A DNA stretch of 64,000 nucleotides from the IMG/VR virus record IMGVR_UViG_2657245668_000002, positions 20,788 to 84,787 of that record; one strand, 5' to 3'. The position numbers were made by a program, and so were the translations under genes. Positions 55,714 through 64,000 of the stretch are shown one piece after another (position 1 is the first letter of the stretch; the number at the start of each line of letters is the position of its first letter). Source of the DNA: a virus (taxonomy: Duplodnaviria > Caudoviricetes). The notes below the pieces were generated by a model. It was not told where the DNA came from. It saw only the letters and a program-made list of their open reading frames with translations, and did not search any database.

Positions 55714-55983
55714 ATGAGCAATTTCCCAGCAATTAGTATGAAGCAGATTGAATCTTCCCAGATCCACAGCATCGGCCATGACCCAGTTAGCAACACTCTG
55801 GCGATTCGTTTTAAGTCGAAGGGTGAACCGGCAGCCCTGTATCACTACCAGAATGTGTCCGCTGATGATTACGCGGCATTCTCCGGTGCTGAATCAATTG
55901 GCTCTCACTTCTACCGCAATATCAAGCCAGATACTGATCGTTATCCATTCCAACGCATTAATGAAAAGAAAGACGGCGAATAA
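55714..55983 (+). CDS. KTSC domain protein
   Basis: ESSQIHSIGHD..LAIRF..YHYQNV..AESIGSHF. Confidence 0.88.
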   Translation: MSNFPAISMKQIESSQIHSIGHDPVSNTLAIRFKSKGEPAALYHYQNVSADDYAAFSGAESIGSHFYRNIKPDTDRYPFQRINEKKDGE

Positions 55984-56046
55984 GTGGCTTTACCGCTGCC
56001 TCTGTTCGCAGGGGCTTCGGCAACACTCCTTACCGTGAGGTGCATC

Positions 56047-56373
56047 GTGAATGAATACAACTATCAGCGAATGGTTGAGCAATCGCTGGAACAGTATGAC
56101 CGCCTATTAATTTCGGATCCTGATGAGCAAGAGGAATTAGGCAAGAGGATTGAGTTTTTACGCCGTCATTCAAAAATGCTCGGCGCTTTTAAAACCGCTG
56201 TCAAAAATGGCTGCTTTATTGCGGGTGCAAGTACCCATTACCTTGCAGCACTTACCGAAACAACCGCTATGGAACTCTATCTGGATGAGGTGCAGGAGGA
56301 AATATTTCTCCGTGTTGCCAAAGCAGAAAGAGCCATGGAGTTAGATGCAACACAAAGCACCCTCATAGACTAG
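56047..56373 (+). CDS. Hypothetical helical protein, possibly Gam-like
   Basis: GTG at 56047 with SD GAGG; acidic ~108 aa; upstream of the recombination genes. Confidence 0.5.
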   Translation: MNEYNYQRMVEQSLEQYDRLLISDPDEQEELGKRIEFLRRHSKMLGAFKTAVKNGCFIAGASTHYLAALTETTAMELYLDEVQEEIFLRVAKAERAMELDATQSTLID

Positions 56374-56391
56374 GAATAATAATCGCGATAA

Positions 56392-57042
56392 TTATTTGAT
56401 AGCCTTTTCAATAAAAATTGCTCTGCAATTAGCAAGGAATTCATTCTTTGTTGCTATTGGATCTGCTTTAATCTCAGCCCCCATTTCTGGGTTAGCCTTA
56501 GCCTGATTCAATATCGATCTTAAATAGTAATAAGCCGATTTATTAAATTCAGCATCAGCAGATTTTCCTATTTTTTTATTGAAATCATCCCAAACGCTAA
56601 CGCCTGCGGCGATAGCAAGCTCGTCTGATTTTCCTTCACTGAAATAAGCTTTTAGTGTTTGAAAACCGGCAAGGCAGTTTGTATCTAATATCGTTAGAGT
56701 CTTATACCAAGATGCCTCTGATTCTTTGCCTTCACATCCAGTCAGACGATACTCACTTTTCTCATTCTTAGAAAGATCTGAACTCACGTAGATAGTTTTG
56801 TGTTGAGTATAAGCAAAGGGAATGAAATCAGCCTCTTGACTATTTTCCCCTGTAATACGGACCTCACCACAAACAAACGTTTCGCCGGTAGAGTTGGTTA
56901 CTTCAGTGATTGACCGATATTCCACTGTTTTCGGGTTCTGCATGCCTTCACGCATTACCTTTTCCATGGCTGGAATATCTACAGCAAATGCTGATGGAAT
57001 ACTAAGAATTGATGCTAATAAAACTACAAGTTGTCTTTTCAT
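56392..57042 (-). CDS. Exported (periplasmic) moron protein
   Basis: Signal peptide ending AFA, four Cys, opposite strand, AT-rich. Confidence 0.75.
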   Translation of the reverse strand: MKRQLVVLLASILSIPSAFAVDIPAMEKVMREGMQNPKTVEYRSITEVTNSTGETFVCGEVRITGENSQEADFIPFAYTQHKTIYVSSDLSKNEKSEYRLTGCEGKESEASWYKTLTILDTNCLAGFQTLKAYFSEGKSDELAIAAGVSVWDDFNKKIGKSADAEFNKSAYYYLRSILNQAKANPEMGAEIKADPIATKNEFLANCRAIFIEKAIK

Positions 57043-57210
57043 ACCTTTTCTTACTTATCCATATCCTAAAAGAGAAAAGCCCCAGCGATTAAGCCGGGGC
57101 TATCCCAGGAGTGCGGGACCAACCGCAAACCTACTGAGGACTGAACAATAACCACGAGGATTATTATCAGCGTGGTTGAGTGACCAAACCCAACCATGGG
57201 AAAGCATACC

Positions 57211-57360
57211 ATGACTATTGAATTCATCAAGAAACTCCAATACCGCCACCGCGTTACCGGCGACGACTTCAACCTGTATCCCCGCCAATCTGGCATGAAA
57301 TTCTTCTTCGCCTGTGTTTTAGGCGCGTTCATGTTTCTGGCTATCGCTATCAAAATCTGA
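57211..57360 (+). CDS. 49-aa single-TM protein (not in ORF track)
   Basis: MTIEFIKKLQYRHRVTGDDFNLYPRQSGMKFFFACVLGAFMFLAIAIKI*. Confidence 0.55.
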   Translation: MTIEFIKKLQYRHRVTGDDFNLYPRQSGMKFFFACVLGAFMFLAIAIKI

Positions 57361-57372
57361 GGGCTGATCAAT

Positions 57373-58434
57373 ATGACTAACAAAATCAACTTCCCCGAGG
57401 TAATCATTAAGGATGATGCGGCACCAGTCTTATATACCAACGGTGGATTAAAAGCATTTGTAGACCAAGCACGCCAAGCAGTTGAAAACGAAGTGGTAGA
57501 CGCAACTACCAAAGAAGGTCGCGCTCGTGGTAAATCTTTGGCCAGACAGGTATCCAGTAGCAAAAATGCTATTGAAAAACCGGGCAGAGACTATTTACGG
57601 CGCTTGAAAGAAGCAGTTAAACCAGCAGAACAAGAGTTACGGTGGTTTGTTGATGAAATGGATAAGCTACGTGACGATGTTCGCCGTCCTGTTGATGAGT
57701 GGGAAAGTAAGGAAAAACAAAGAATTGAAAAGCTAAATGAGAAACTTAGCTTTTTGAGAAATACAGGCAACGTTATAGATGAGCTCGGTAATTTGCAAAA
57801 CTCTCAAATAATCGAAAGCCGTTTAGAGACACTAAAAAATACAGTTATTGACGAAAGTTGGCTTGAAATACAACAAGAGTCTATTGCTGCAAAAGATGCC
57901 TCTATCACTAAGTTAGAGCAGGCACTAGTCGTTGCTCATGAGAATGAAGCTCAAGCCGCTGAACTTTCCCGACTCCGCAGGGAAGCAGAAGACAAAAAGC
58001 GTCATGATGAAACTGAACGGGTAAAACGGGAAGCGGCTGATTTGGCAAGGATAACCGCTGAAGCTGAAGCAGATCGAAAACTTCAGACTCAGCGTGATGC
58101 TGCGGCCAAGGCAGAAGCAGAGGCTAAAGCAGAAAGAGATATGCTTCAGCAGCAGGCCCTATTAGCGGAGGCACGGCGCAAGAAAGATATTGAAGATGCG
58201 GAAAATCGCGCACGCTTCGAAGCTGAAAAAAGCCAGCGTGAGCACTTGCAAGAAGAACAACGCCGTCAAGAAGAACAAGGCAAACGTGAAGCAGATAAAG
58301 CTCATCGCCAAAAAATATTTGGTGAGATCATGGATAACTTAGTTCAAGAAGCAGGAATTGACCGGGTTGCTGCCCGTGCAATTGTTGTTGCAATTGCCGC
58401 ACGAAAAATAGCCCATACACAAATTAATTTCTGA
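57373..58434 (+). CDS. Coiled-coil phage early protein (often annotated TolA-like)
   Basis: DATTKEGRAR.KSLA..V, LRDDVRRPVDEWE, READKAHR motifs. Confidence 0.8.
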   Translation: MTNKINFPEVIIKDDAAPVLYTNGGLKAFVDQARQAVENEVVDATTKEGRARGKSLARQVSSSKNAIEKPGRDYLRRLKEAVKPAEQELRWFVDEMDKLRDDVRRPVDEWESKEKQRIEKLNEKLSFLRNTGNVIDELGNLQNSQIIESRLETLKNTVIDESWLEIQQESIAAKDASITKLEQALVVAHENEAQAAELSRLRREAEDKKRHDETERVKREAADLARITAEAEADRKLQTQRDAAAKAEAEAKAERDMLQQQALLAEARRKKDIEDAENRARFEAEKSQREHLQEEQRRQEEQGKREADKAHRQKIFGEIMDNLVQEAGIDRVAARAIVVAIAARKIAHTQINF

Positions 58435-58441
58435 GGTACTC

Positions 58442-59227
58442 ATGAATCCGGGTATTTACTATGACATTCCAAACGAGACTTATCACTCTGGCTCTGGAGT
58501 GAGTAAATCAATGCTGGATATGGTCGCTTTAGATCCCTCGCTTATTCAATGGCGGAAGAATGCCCCTGTTGATACAGATAAGCTCTCAGCGCTCGATATG
58601 GGTACAGCGCTGCATTGTGCATTACTTGAGCCGGATGAGTTTGATAGCAGATTTATCAAAGCCCCTTTGTTCAATCGTCGGTCAACAGAAGGTAAGGAAA
58701 AAGAAAAATCTTTCATAGCTGATTGCGAGGGTAGTGGGAAAATAATCTTAGATCATGAACAGCATCGCCAACTAACGCTGATGCAGGGGAGCACCTTCGC
58801 CCATCCAGCAGCAAAATTTTTACTCGAAGAGGAAGGTTTATGTGAGTCATCTATTTATTGGATAGATGATGAAACGAGCGAATTATGCCGTGTACGCCCT
58901 GACAGGTATTTGAAAAACCGCCCTGTTGTTATTGATGTTAAAAAAACTGCTGATATGGAGCGTTTTTTTCGTTGGCATATTGAGGGTTTTCGTTATCACG
59001 TACAAGCCGCTATGTACTCCGATGGCTTTTATCAGCATTTTGGAGAGTGGCCGCAATTTATATTCATCGTCGTCAGTGAAACTATTGACTGTGGTAGGTA
59101 CCCGGTGCGGGTCGTTAAGTTGGATACAGTAAAGATGGATCGAGGAAATCGCCTGTATCGAAACGACTTGATGACATATCACGAGTGTAGAGTTTCAAAT
59201 AACTGGGGCGGCATTGAAATTGTTTAA
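58442..59227 (+). CDS. recE: RecE-like PD-(D/E)XK exonuclease (DUF3799)
   Basis: PGIYYDIPNETYH..GVSKS, GTALH, CRVRPD, DVKK, YHVQAAMY. Confidence 0.9.
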   Translation: MNPGIYYDIPNETYHSGSGVSKSMLDMVALDPSLIQWRKNAPVDTDKLSALDMGTALHCALLEPDEFDSRFIKAPLFNRRSTEGKEKEKSFIADCEGSGKIILDHEQHRQLTLMQGSTFAHPAAKFLLEEEGLCESSIYWIDDETSELCRVRPDRYLKNRPVVIDVKKTADMERFFRWHIEGFRYHVQAAMYSDGFYQHFGEWPQFIFIVVSETIDCGRYPVRVVKLDTVKMDRGNRLYRNDLMTYHECRVSNNWGGIEIV

Positions 59228-59241
59228 GAGGTTTAATTAAC

Positions 59242-60228
59242 ATGTCACAGTTAATGATAATTCAGGAAAATCTATCCAAAGAACTTGAGCCAGCCCGTAA
59301 TATTCTCCCTAAACACATTCCTTTTGACCGATTTGTAAATGCCGCCGCTGTCGCCCTTGCAAATAATGCTGACCTGTACTCATCAGAACCACAAAGCCTT
59401 ATCAATGCACTCACTATGTGCGCCAAAGATGGGTTAATCCCTGATGGTCGAGAAGCAGCAATGGTTGTTTTTAATACCAAAGTCAAAAGAGACAATAAAG
59501 ATATTTGGATAAAGAAAGCCCAATATATGCCCATGGTTGACGGTGTAATGAAACGGGCGCGGCAATCTGGCGAGGTTGAAATTATTGCTTCGCGTATTGT
59601 TTATGAAAATGATGAGTTTGACGCATGGATGGACGACACTGGCGAGCATATTCGGTACCGGCCGACGCTCAAAACTCGTGGAGGTTATCTCGGTTCATTC
59701 GCTTATGTTCGAATGAAAACAGGTCACGTGCAATTCGAATGGATGAATCATGAAGATATAGAAAAAGTTCGTATGGCGAGTAAAAATAGCGATAGTGGCC
59801 CTTGGAAAGATTGGTGGGAGGGTATGGCAAGAAAATCAGTTATGCATCGACTCGCTCGGCGTTTGCCAAATAGCTCTGAATTGATGGAAATGCTTGAACG
59901 CGGCAATGAAATGAATTGGCAGAAACAACAAGAAGAACGCGATATAACACCCCAGAGCAATATCCCAGACACTATTTCGTCGCTTAATAATGCCATCAAT
60001 GGTCAACCAGAGAATATTTCACCCACTGAATATGTTATGAGTGATGATGATCGGCAAATGTTTGATGACCTAATCTGGCAAATGGAGGAATGTCAGAACG
60101 CTAATGAACTGAAATCTGTTAGCGCCAAGATTCGATTAATGCAAAAAGATCAAGCGAGCACTGATGAAGCTAACAAAACATATTCAGCAGTAAAACAACG
60201 TCTAAGCGGCCAAGAAAGTAATACTTAG
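59242..60228 (+). CDS. recT: RecT-family single-strand annealing protein
   Basis: AKDGLIPDGREA, VYENDEF, GPWKDWWEGMARKSV..LP. Confidence 0.92.
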   Translation: MSQLMIIQENLSKELEPARNILPKHIPFDRFVNAAAVALANNADLYSSEPQSLINALTMCAKDGLIPDGREAAMVVFNTKVKRDNKDIWIKKAQYMPMVDGVMKRARQSGEVEIIASRIVYENDEFDAWMDDTGEHIRYRPTLKTRGGYLGSFAYVRMKTGHVQFEWMNHEDIEKVRMASKNSDSGPWKDWWEGMARKSVMHRLARRLPNSSELMEMLERGNEMNWQKQQEERDITPQSNIPDTISSLNNAINGQPENISPTEYVMSDDDRQMFDDLIWQMEECQNANELKSVSAKIRLMQKDQASTDEANKTYSAVKQRLSGQESNT

Positions 60229-60275
60229 TATTTACCTCTCCCATATATTAACAAGCCCCCCGAAAGGAACCCATC

Positions 60276-61415
60276 ATGACCACACAGGCCACAACTGCCA
60301 GTGTGCTGGAGTCATCCCTGCGCCCAGTTCGGGCGCAGTTAGACCTTGCCATCGAGCAGACTACCGGCACCGCACAGCGCTCTATAGAGAGCGCGACTGT
60401 TTTACTCAACCAAGCACAGTCCCTATGTATTGAACAACTCAACATCGAGACGGACGAGTACAACCTTTTATTCGACCGTTTAGAAAAAACTGAAAACGAC
60501 CTAACCACGAAATCCTTGGCGTTAACACAAGTGCAGGAACGCATAGAAAATGCAGACCTGTTAGTAGCTGAAGCCAATGCGCAGCGAGACAGTATTTCAG
60601 CCAAATACAATCTTTCACTTTCAGACCAACGCGTGTTGACTACTGAGGTGAATCGGTTGAAGTCACTGAATCCTGAAAAAATGAAAATCCAGATCGTTCG
60701 CCTCAAAGATGATTTGGAGAGCAAGCGCACGCTTTTAAACCAGCAACTAACAGAGATCCGGCGATACAAAAAAGAGGTGGCAGAAAAAACCAGCAAACTG
60801 GCTGTCATGGTCAATGTTAATGACCAATTGAATAATGCCGTTTCTGACCTCACCAACCGGATCCAGCGCATGGATGGTGACGTCGAGCCAACCTACTATC
60901 GTGGTAATGATGGTATTGAGTTTTACTTTTATACCTTCCAGTGGGGACTGAAACTGCGCTCAGGTGATTACGATATGCAGCTCATTAACGATATTGACTG
61001 GCATATTGAAATTCGCTCCACCAGCGGCATTGGCCTGATCGTCTCGGTCAATCAGTGGACATTACCGGTCTATCCCATGTTTGATGACTTCAAACATAAC
61101 TGGCCGGATGGCCTCACCCCGGCGGTTACCCAGCGTATTCGTGATCTACTTGAGCCTACTCACCCACATTGGGTTAAACGTGCTGAATGGGCAGAAACCG
61201 TGCCTACCGAAACCCTGCCGTTGAAAGAGCAACATTTAGAACTGTTGGCACGCTCTGGGATCCATTCTTTGTTTGATGTTGTTCGTCGAACGCCGGATAT
61301 GTTGGCTCACGCCGTCAAAGGCTTCGGGATAGCAACTGCCCGCCAGGTACACGCTCAATGCACCAGAATCGTAAAAGAGTGGGAATTAGAGCAGAAACAG
61401 AAGGAAGCCGCATGA
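60276..61415 (+). CDS. Coiled-coil protein with C-terminal HhH / alpha-CTD-like domain
   Basis: ~200-aa heptad region; LPLKEQHLELLARSGIHSLFDVVRRTPDML..VKGFG. Confidence 0.65.
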   Translation: MTTQATTASVLESSLRPVRAQLDLAIEQTTGTAQRSIESATVLLNQAQSLCIEQLNIETDEYNLLFDRLEKTENDLTTKSLALTQVQERIENADLLVAEANAQRDSISAKYNLSLSDQRVLTTEVNRLKSLNPEKMKIQIVRLKDDLESKRTLLNQQLTEIRRYKKEVAEKTSKLAVMVNVNDQLNNAVSDLTNRIQRMDGDVEPTYYRGNDGIEFYFYTFQWGLKLRSGDYDMQLINDIDWHIEIRSTSGIGLIVSVNQWTLPVYPMFDDFKHNWPDGLTPAVTQRIRDLLEPTHPHWVKRAEWAETVPTETLPLKEQHLELLARSGIHSLFDVVRRTPDMLAHAVKGFGIATARQVHAQCTRIVKEWELEQKQKEAA

Positions 61416-61840
61416 TGGATGAGGAACTGAACCAGAGTACCGGCAGCTACTTTAAAGAAGATGACCGAGGAGACTATACCGCTCGTATCATCTGGCTAAT
61501 GCGCTGTCGCGCTGAAATCCGCAGCGGTAACCCCTACCAGCCAATACCGAAGCCGATTTATCCCAATGATGAGCGATGGCCCGGCTTATCTCATGTGAAT
61601 ACGGTCGATATAGGTATTCGTAAGCGCTACTCACTGGAAGTTTTGCTGGCTATCTATCAGTTTCACCGCGCTGGCCACAATGAAAACTTGATTGCCAGCA
61701 GCACCGGTATCCCGGTGACCACTATCCGCAAAATGTTGGAGCATAAAACCCAGAATCAGCGCAAAGCATGGCAACTGGCACACCAGCTTCGCATTCCCTC
61801 CAAAAGAGACATTATCAACCGGTTAATTCGGGAGGTTTAA
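61412..61840 (+). CDS. Hypothetical HTH protein
   Basis: NLIASSTGIPVTTIRKML; ATGA overlap with the previous gene. Confidence 0.65.
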   Translation: MMDEELNQSTGSYFKEDDRGDYTARIIWLMRCRAEIRSGNPYQPIPKPIYPNDERWPGLSHVNTVDIGIRKRYSLEVLLAIYQFHRAGHNENLIASSTGIPVTTIRKMLEHKTQNQRKAWQLAHQLRIPSKRDIINRLIREV

Positions 61841-61960
61841 CCATATCCGACCGTAGCATTCGATAGCACTATCACTAAAACATAGCCCCTTACCACCCCA
61901 GACCAAACGACCATAATAGGGCGTAACATCTTTGCGCCCTTTCCTACTGAGGAAAGACCA

Positions 61961-62230
61961 ATGACCAAACTACTGACATTAGAAGAATGGGCGGAAGAAA
62001 CCTACCGCAGCAAGCAACCAACCCCCCAGACACTCCAGCGCTGGGCGCGAGGCGGCAATATTTACCCTGCCCCTGAAAAACATGGGCGGGAATATCGTGT
62101 ACAGCCAGGTGCTATTTATATTCAACCTAAAAGCTATCGCTTAGCCAAAAAAATAATAAAAGCCTCACCCGATGTTAACTCACCATTAATAGAGAGAATT
62201 AATCATGGCATCAAGGCCGCAAAGATATGA
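61961..62230 (+). CDS. xis: Excisionase
   Basis: LTLEEWA..TLQRWARGGNIYPAPEKHGREYRV, lambda Xis family. Confidence 0.92.
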   Translation: MTKLLTLEEWAEETYRSKQPTPQTLQRWARGGNIYPAPEKHGREYRVQPGAIYIQPKSYRLAKKIIKASPDVNSPLIERINHGIKAAKI

Positions 62231-63314
62231 TGCCAATTTACCTCGGAACCTTACCTATCGCCGCTCGCGCAAATCATTTTACTGGCGTAACCCTATTACT
62301 GGGGAGGAAATAACCCTAGGGCAAATTGCCCGTAGAGATGCCATATCTCAGGCTATTCAGGCCAATAATTATATTGAATCCAATTTTCAGCCAGTTGCCC
62401 TGCTTGAACGATTACAAGCCCCTACCCCAACTTCTGCGGCTAAAGCTGAAGTTAATACCGTAGCAAGTTGGCTAAAGCGCTATTCAGAGCTATTAAAGCG
62501 TAGAGAACTGGCTGAGAACACCATGAAAATGAGAGTCCTGCAAATCGGATATATTAACCAAAAATTTGGAGATAAACCGATCGAGGCTATTACCACCAAG
62601 CATATCGCTGATTTTATTAACACCTATGTCGATAGTGGTAAAAGTTCAATGGCAGTAAATCTACGTTCTGTTTTGTCTGATGTTTTTAGGGAAGCCATTG
62701 CTGATGGCTTAATTAGCAGCAACCCAGTGGAAGCAACACGCACGCCCTCACCAAAAGTTAAGCGAGAACGGCTAGACTATGCAGCCTTTTGCAAGATTTA
62801 TGAGGCTGCCGGCCAACAACAGAACTGGGTTCAACTCAGCTTGGCACTGGCGCTGATTACCGGTCAACGCCGTGACGATGTGCGGCAATTAAAAAGAAGC
62901 GATGTGCATGATGGCAAGCTTTGGATAGTCCAAAGTAAAACTAAAATGCAGATAGCTATATCACTATCACTTCGGTTGGAAATAATGAATACCTCCGTCG
63001 GTGACGTTGTAGAACAATGCCTGAATAACAATAAGAGCGAATATCTCATTTGCTCGTCCAGTAGAAAATCAGGCCGAGAGCCCGGCGCATTAAATGCGGA
63101 CTCGCTCACCAAAGCATTTGTTAAAGCATTGAAAGCAACGGATCTGGTTTATGAAATATCCCCTCCCAGCTTTCACGAGATCCGTAGCCTGGCATCGAGA
63201 CTTTATGAGGCTGAGTACGGTAAGGAGTTTGCACAGAAATTGCTCGGTCACAAGTCGATGAAAATGACGAATGTATACCTGGATTCACGTAAAAATGAGT
63301 GGGTAGAAATTTAG
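62205..63314 (+). CDS. int: Lambda-family tyrosine integrase
   Basis: Arm-binding N-terminus, TGQRRDD, QSKT, FHEIRS, LLGHKS..Y. Confidence 0.96.
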   Translation: MASRPQRYDANLPRNLTYRRSRKSFYWRNPITGEEITLGQIARRDAISQAIQANNYIESNFQPVALLERLQAPTPTSAAKAEVNTVASWLKRYSELLKRRELAENTMKMRVLQIGYINQKFGDKPIEAITTKHIADFINTYVDSGKSSMAVNLRSVLSDVFREAIADGLISSNPVEATRTPSPKVKRERLDYAAFCKIYEAAGQQQNWVQLSLALALITGQRRDDVRQLKRSDVHDGKLWIVQSKTKMQIAISLSLRLEIMNTSVGDVVEQCLNNNKSEYLICSSSRKSGREPGALNADSLTKAFVKALKATDLVYEISPPSFHEIRSLASRLYEAEYGKEFAQKLLGHKSMKMTNVYLDSRKNEWVEI

Positions 63315-63328
63315 ACCGAGTATCAAGA

Positions 63329-63357
63329 TTTCGGACAAATTTCGGACATTTTCGGAC
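63329..63357 (+). repeat. Integrase arm-type sites, 3x TTTCGGAC
   Basis: Copies at 63329, 63340, 63350. Confidence 0.7.
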
Positions 63358-63390
63358 GAACATGAAAAATATCAATAAAATCAATAGAAT

Positions 63391-63494
63391 AAAAAAAGAC
63401 CGAATACGATTCCTATATTCGGTCTAGGGAAATGGCTCTTGGGAGAGAGCCGTGCGCTAAAAGTTGGCATTAACGTAGGCTTGTTCAGCCATAC
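63391..63494 (-). ncRNA. sdsR: SdsR (RyeB) small RNA; RyeA/SraC lies antisense
   Basis: Minus strand TTAATGCCAACTTTTAGCGCACGGCTCTCTCCCAAGAGCCATTTCCCT..GACCGAATA..TATTCGGTC-T7; sigmaS-like CTACTCT upstream; next to yebY. Confidence 0.92.
63397..63415 (+). repeat. att core (attR)
   Basis: Identical to 3489-3507. Confidence 0.92.
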
Positions 63495-63658
63495 TCTTTA
63501 AGAGTAGTCGAGGACATGTGTTTCGCCAACTTAGCAACAGAAGTAATTAATAACGGTTGCAAACTAATTTAAATGATACAAATTAGCCTACCAGTTAAGA
63601 AAGGTAATTATCTGTTAAATAGAAAATAAAGGCCGTAGCGATGCTCAAGTTGTCGTGC

Positions 63659-64000
63659 TTACTTTTCGCATAAAGTCATCGCACGCTGTTGGAAAGGTAG
63701 CAAACTCATCTTTTGACCAGGGTTCTCGCTATCATCTAATAATAAAATATCTAGCGGTTTCGCAAGGACATGGCCTGCTTTCATTTGTTCAGATGCAACA
63801 TCATTAAGTGGATATTGCGCTAATGTGCTGGGATTTATCACAAACAAAGCTCCCCCTGAGCGGCATTCCAACATCACCTCTTCTCGGGTAAATGCCCATT
63901 GTTTGCCAAATTCAAACTTACTGACAGTCACTATTTTCCCAGCGGCAAAAGCATTCACGGATAACATCAGTAACGATAACGTCAGCACCAAACCTTTCAT
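63659..64000 (-). CDS. yebY: YebY-family exported protein (host gene)
   Basis: [34 protein letters not shown]; synteny with sdsR. Confidence 0.92.
   Translation of the reverse strand: MKGLVLTLSLLMLSVNAFAAGKIVTVSKFEFGKQWAFTREEVMLECRSGGALFVINPSTLAQYPLNDVASEQMKAGHVLAKPLDILLLDDSENPGQKMSLLPFQQRAMTLCEK

Larger units (their letters stand above)
3489..63415. mobile_element. Intact-looking ~59.9 kb temperate prophage (lambdoid control region, 933W/phi24B-like podovirus structure) integrated in sdsR/ryeA
   Basis: Flanking 19-bp direct repeat, int/xis, immunity, replication, lysis, packaging, capsid and tail genes. Confidence 0.93.

Noticed and set aside
60248-60871. 207-aa minus-strand ORF (also 57066-57563 and 49075-49515)
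   Set aside because: Antisense to well-supported genes; typical shadow ORFs.

Overview
Enterobacterial (probably Yersinia-like) chromosome at the yebY-SdsR(RyeB)/RyeA locus. Most of the window (3489-63415, ~60 kb, bounded by a 19-bp direct repeat from the SdsR terminator) is an apparently complete prophage. It has a lambdoid early region (int/xis, RecE/RecT, N-like, cI/cro, replication, RdgC, Dam, Q-like, SAR endolysin lysis cassette) and a 933W/phi24B-type podovirus morphogenesis module (N4-gp56-type capsid, ejection proteins, 2.8k-aa giant polyvalent protein). There are no stx genes. Left of it is the remnant of a second, contractile-tailed prophage at the same att. A large deletion has fused its sheath and integrase genes, but it keeps a DUF4041/GIY-YIG (PD-lambda-1/SNIPE-like) defence gene. 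The left end of the intact prophage (3.6-12.3 kb) is an AT-rich defence cargo block: a nonsense-interrupted unknown gene, a stand-alone caspase-like protein, ShosTA (DprA + HAD/PRTase) and a NACHT NTPase. Best candidate for an undescribed system: these cargo units are separated by same-orientation 24-bp palindromic sites (GTCCGCT-NN-[TGGCAC or GAGCGA]-NN-AGCGGAC), arranged like a recombinase-type gene-cassette array. Other notable signals: four near-identical pR'-like promoter-terminator units distributed through the late region, a foreign P2/186-type cos beside ShosTA, and a recurring GAGGACTGACCAATG translation-start motif. Family assignments come from motif recognition by eye, not database searches.
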